DNA of 64,000 nt, taken from positions 736,001 through 800,000 of the forward strand of contig CAWGJO010000020.1 in the NCBI GenBank assembly GCA_963822945.1, read 5' to 3'. A program made the translations under genes and the position numbers. Under the pieces are notes generated by a model. It did not search any database. It was not told the DNA's origin and saw only the letters and a list, made by a program, of their open reading frames with translations. This DNA comes from an uncultured Gemmatimonadaceae bacterium (GTDB lineage: Bacteria > Gemmatimonadota > Gemmatimonadetes > Gemmatimonadales > Gemmatimonadaceae). Below are positions 57,533-64,000 of this stretch, in pieces; positions within the stretch are counted from its first letter, which is position 1; each line of letters starts with the position of its first letter.

Positions 57533-58435
57533 ATGACAGCAATCGAATCGGTCCTCGGCGCGACGGTTCGGACCACGACTCCGTTGCTGCTCGCGGCCCT
57601 CGGGGAACTCATCACCGAGCGCGCGGGCATCATCAACATTGCGCTCGAAGGCGCTGTCATCGCCGGAGCCTTTTCAGCAACGGTCGCGGCAACGACCGTG
57701 GGCGTGGTCAGCGGCTACGCATGGGGATCGATTGCCGGAACGGCGGTCGGTTTGCTGCTGGCCGCATTCGTCGTCGGGCTGCGTGCCGATCAGATCATCA
57801 CGGGCACTGCCCTCTCGCTGCTGGCGCTCGGTGCTACGGCAGCACTTTACCGCGCAGTGTTTGGTGCCGGCGGGGTAGCGCTCTCCATCCCCACATCTCC
57901 GGCGCTGCGTATTCCGGGACTCGTTGCGCTCCCGGTGGTTGGCCCTGCGCTGTTCGACCAGCCTGCGGTCACGTACGTGGCGATTCTGCTCGTGCCGTTC
58001 CTGTGGTGGTTTCTCTACCGCACCCAGTCAGGACTCGGTCTTCGAGCGGTCGGCGAGGCACCGCAGTCCGCTCGGGCAGCGGGCGTTCGGGTTCGTCGAG
58101 TTCGGGTTGGCGCCATCCTGTTCGGCTCTACCCTCGGCGGACTGGCGGGCGCGACACTCGTGCTGGCGCAAGCCGGTACGTTCGCCGAGGGTATGTCCGC
58201 CGGCCGGGGGTTCATTGCCATCGCGATCGTGGCTCTCGGGCGGTGGACGCCAGTCGGCGTCGCCATTGCGGCCGTTGTGTTCGGCCTGGCCACGGCCATG
58301 CAATATTTGGTTCAGGCGCTCGGTTGGCCGGTACGGTACGAGTTGGTCCTCATGTTGCCGTACGTGCTGACGTTGGTGGCGCTGATGGTGTCGCCGCGAA
58401 GCGCCGCTCCGGCCATGCTCGCCCGGTCGGACTAG
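57533..58435 (+). CDS. ABC permease (nucleoside type)
   Basis: ERAGIINIALEG, LRAVGE, AGRGFIAIA, LPYVLTL. Confidence 0.93.
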   Translation: MTAIESVLGATVRTTTPLLLAALGELITERAGIINIALEGAVIAGAFSATVAATTVGVVSGYAWGSIAGTAVGLLLAAFVVGLRADQIITGTALSLLALGATAALYRAVFGAGGVALSIPTSPALRIPGLVALPVVGPALFDQPAVTYVAILLVPFLWWFLYRTQSGLGLRAVGEAPQSARAAGVRVRRVRVGAILFGSTLGGLAGATLVLAQAGTFAEGMSAGRGFIAIAIVALGRWTPVGVAIAAVVFGLATAMQYLVQALGWPVRYELVLMLPYVLTLVALMVSPRSAAPAMLARSD

Positions 58436-58740
58436 CCGCTGCCTGTTGGGGCTCGTGGGGGCAGGTAGGGGCCGCCCAGATCCCAGTGCCAGGCGTCACG
58501 CCGCTCCCCTGTCCGTGGGTCTCTCAGCGGCTTGAACTGCAACCGGCCCGGGGCCAGACCAACAGCGGCTCCGTATTCGAGAAGACGCTCCCGATCGGTC
58601 GAAACGAGGTGTGCCATGGGGCGGCCCTGCCACACATGACGATGCAGCCAGAGCCCGCCGTCCATCGCATGGATCATTCCTTCGCGTCGGGATATGAACT
58701 CCCGATAGGCTGCCGGATGACGAGTATCGTCTTCCGTCAC
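58432..58740 (-). CDS. DUF4031-like small protein
   Basis: MAHLVST...L...VGL...QFK...WHWDL pattern. Start uncertain. Confidence 0.65.
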   Translation of the reverse strand: MTEDDTRHPAAYREFISRREGMIHAMDGGLWLHRHVWQGRPMAHLVSTDRERLLEYGAAVGLAPGRLQFKPLRDPRTGERRDAWHWDLGGPYLPPRAPTGSG

Positions 58741-58744
58741 GCCA

Positions 58745-59128
58745 CTACTGGCATGCGACCTGGCCTTCGGTTGTGGCGGGCGCAATCGGCGTCACGCCCC
58801 CATAGAAGATCGCGCACATATGCGGCCACGCTTCGGGGTGCGTAGAGGTAGCCGCCCATCCACTGGCATCGGCTTCCGATATCGTCAGGACCACACCGTG
58901 CGACGGTACGAACTGGAGCGAATCCAGCATCGTGGTATACGTCCGGTGCTCGTAGTAGTACCCCTCCTCCGCCACCGACAGGTTGCGGAGGTCGCTCTTC
59001 ATCGAAGCGACGTACGCCTTCCCTTTCGTGCTCTGGAACTTCGGCACCGCGATCGCGGCGAGAACGCCGATGATCACGACGACAATGAGCAACTCGATCA
59101 GGGTGAACCCACCGCGTCGGTAGCCCAT
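58745..59128 (-). CDS. type IV pilin
   Basis: Prepilin cleavage G|FTLIELLIVVVIIGVLAAIAVP, C-terminal Cys pair. Confidence 0.92.
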   Translation of the reverse strand: MGYRRGGFTLIELLIVVVIIGVLAAIAVPKFQSTKGKAYVASMKSDLRNLSVAEEGYYYEHRTYTTMLDSLQFVPSHGVVLTISEADASGWAATSTHPEAWPHMCAIFYGGVTPIAPATTEGQVACQ

Positions 59129-59192
59129 AAGCCCCACATTGAAGAAGAAGTAGACGAGTGACCTGCTTTGCGAACCAACGCATCCATCACTC

Positions 59193-59210
59193 TGGCAAGG
59201 CCGATGCCGA
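59193..59210 (-). promoter_or_regulatory. sigma54 (-24/-12) promoter of the pilin gene
   Basis: Minus strand TCGGCATCGGCCTTGCCA, i.e. GG-N10-GC with TTGC. Confidence 0.7.
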
Positions 59211-59336
59211 TTCGGCCAACAACTGATAACGTGTTGCCGTGTATGATGTTACAGAAACGGCGCCTGGCTCGCTGCAATATACTTCACTCTACGAACTGCC
59301 CATTTTCTGGCAAAATGCGAGACTCGTAAGGATCTC

Positions 59337-62231
<2,895 letters not shown>

Positions 62232-62326
62232 CGTTGGATATCGACGTCGGCGTGGGCGCAAAAATACCCGGGTGGCTTGCCCAGGTCTTCCGCGACCATT
62301 AGGTTCGCCGCGTGCCCCGAGAATCT

Positions 62327-63226
62327 ATGCTAGGGCGAACACTCGCCGGCTATGTCCTGGAAAGCGAAGTCGGTGAGGGGGGGACCTCTGCCGTCTTCCG
62401 CGCGCACCATCCTGACCATGGTTCCGTTGCCGTCAAGGTCCTGCGGGAGAAGCTGCGCAACGACAAGACGGCGGTTACCCGGTTCCTGCGAGAAGCACAT
62501 TACGGCGAGCGCGTCCAGCACCCCAATGTAGTCCGCACCATCGAAATCGGCGAAGCGGAGCCGGGCCTGCATTTCCTGGCCATCGAGTGGGCCAAGGGCG
62601 AGCTCCTGGAGAAGTATGCGCGGCGTAAGGGCCCGCTTCCTCCGGACGAAGTCGCCAACATCGTCTCCCAGATCGCCGAAGCGGTTCATGCCGCTCATCA
62701 AGTCGGGATCGTGCATCGCGACCTGAAGCCAGAAAACGTCATGTACGATCCCGATACCGGGTTGGTCAAGCTCCTCGATTTCGGAATTGCTACAGACGCG
62801 GACATCGCCCCAGAACAGCGCCTGACCCGAGCGGGCTTCTTCGTGGGTACGCTCATGTACGTCGCCCCGGAGGCGCTTTCGGGCGAGGTCGTCACGCCCG
62901 CGGCGGATCAGTTCAGCCTGGCCACCATCTCATACTTTCTCCTCTCCGGGTGCCTTCCGTACAGCGCCAAGTCTCCGCGGGAGATGTTCACTCAGTTGCT
63001 TACCCAACCCCCGCTCCCCCTGAATATGGCGCGCCAGGGACTCCGATTCTCTCCCGCAATCGAAGCGGTCGTGATGCGGGGCTTGGAGCGTGATCCAACG
63101 AAGCGGTTCCCCGATACGATCGCGTTTGCCGATGCCCTGCGCGAGGCAATTGCCCAACCCCTGCCTGCGGAACCGAGTGGCGGTCTGTTGCAGCGGCTCA
63201 AATCGGCTTTCAACAAGCGACCATAG
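62327..63226 (+). CDS. stand-alone Hanks-type Ser/Thr protein kinase
   Basis: GEGGTSAV, VAVK, HRDLKPEN, DFG, APE. No TM segment. Confidence 0.93.
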   Translation: MLGRTLAGYVLESEVGEGGTSAVFRAHHPDHGSVAVKVLREKLRNDKTAVTRFLREAHYGERVQHPNVVRTIEIGEAEPGLHFLAIEWAKGELLEKYARRKGPLPPDEVANIVSQIAEAVHAAHQVGIVHRDLKPENVMYDPDTGLVKLLDFGIATDADIAPEQRLTRAGFFVGTLMYVAPEALSGEVVTPAADQFSLATISYFLLSGCLPYSAKSPREMFTQLLTQPPLPLNMARQGLRFSPAIEAVVMRGLERDPTKRFPDTIAFADALREAIAQPLPAEPSGGLLQRLKSAFNKRP

Positions 63227-63240
63227 CTCCCACGCGCCTA

Positions 63241-64000
63241 CTAAGAATCACGCACTGGCAACCAGACGGTGAATGTAGATCCGGTACCCACTACACTCTC
63301 CACCGTTACCTCCCCTCCAAGCAACGCTGCCAGTCGCCGGGATATCGGAAGCCCAAGACCGGTGCCGTGATTCTGTCCGTCTCCTGACCTCTGTGAACGC
63401 ACCTGTTCGAACTCATCAAAAATGCGTTCCAGGTCGCCGGCGGCAATTCCAATACCAGCGTCCGCAACCTCGATAGCTATCCAACCCTCCGAGTCATCCG
63501 AACGCGGAACTGCGTGCTGGCCGGTCGCGGTGAGGCTGCGCGGCGGTGGTCCCGTTCGCTCGAACCGCGTGCGCAATTCGATTTCACCGCGGTCCGTGTA
63601 CTTCACGGCATTACCCAACAGATTGATTAGAATCTGGCGCAGATGTGTCGGGTCCGTTCGAACCCTCGGGATTTCCGCCGTCGTGAGGATCTTCACCGTG
63701 AGATGCTTCTCTGCAACGAGCGGCTCAATCTCGCTGACCACGTTCGTCAAGAACGCCCGTAATGCTACGGTTTCCACACGAACGTCGACTCGCCCAGCTG
63801 CGATCTTTGCGATATCCAATACCTGATCAACCAGTGTTCGCAATCTTGCCGCAGATGTGGCGATTCGTTCCACCGGTGAAATCTGCTTCGCAGAAAGTTC
63901 TCCGTACCCGCCGTCACGAAGGAGATCCACAAAGCCCACGATCGCGTTCAGCGGGGTCCGCAACTCGTGTGAGACGTTCGCCAGAAACTCGCTCTTCATT
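63241..64000 (-). CDS. sensor histidine kinase (5' part outside the window)
   Basis: FLANVSHELRTPL, NLLGNAVKYT, DAGIGI, GTGLGL. Confidence 0.95.
   Translation of the reverse strand, partial: MKSEFLANVSHELRTPLNAIVGFVDLLRDGGYGELSAKQISPVERIATSAARLRTLVDQVLDIAKIAAGRVDVRVETVALRAFLTNVVSEIEPLVAEKHLTVKILTTAEIPRVRTDPTHLRQILINLLGNAVKYTDRGEIELRTRFERTGPPPRSLTATGQHAVPRSDDSEGWIAIEVADAGIGIAAGDLERIFDEFEQVRSQRSGDGQNHGTGLGLPISRRLAALLGGEVTVESVVGTGSTFTVWLPVRDS

Noticed and set aside
59225..59252. AT-rich imperfect palindrome as a possible dif site
   Set aside because: It lacks the XerD arm TTATGTTAAA and the 11-6-11 layout. It is better explained as an IHF site of the pilin promoter.

Overview
GC-rich bacterial chromosome segment, probably close to the replication origin (mnmG, parS, parA, parB). 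The gene content and small hypothetical proteins suggest Gemmatimonadota, but that is my inference and was not checked by any search. From left to right: the distal part of an exopolysaccharide cluster (GT2 and GT4 glycosyltransferases, two methyltransferases, a Wzy/O-antigen-ligase-like protein, a Wza-like protein and a divergent pair of secreted proteins); a desaturase, yggX and an NrtR-like regulator; two cold-shock genes; an M28 peptidase, esterase, SPFH, Zn-finger and YhaM run; a GntR(YtrA)-ABC operon with two unknown paralogous exported proteins; argCBDA and argR-argGH with ARG boxes; ispG; a degenerate alarmone-hydrolase-like HD protein; a complete his operon preceded by an unannotated His-rich leader peptide and attenuator; an M16 peptidase pair; murB; mnmG-SIMPL-parS-parAB; a nucleoside-type ABC operon containing a Nif3 gene; a type IV pilin with a sigma54-type promoter; polA; a Ser/Thr kinase; and a truncated histidine kinase. 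I found no tRNA, rRNA, CRISPR array, transposase or integrase. Most of the window is core genome. The best leads are regulatory (the his attenuator, a 21-bp motif found three times and linked to NrtR, an operator overlapping a leaderless promoter, a candidate structured RNA) plus the uncharacterised YtrA-ABC module and the pseudo-hydrolase. All product calls come from motif recognition by eye. Start codons were chosen from stop/start overlaps and RBS positions.
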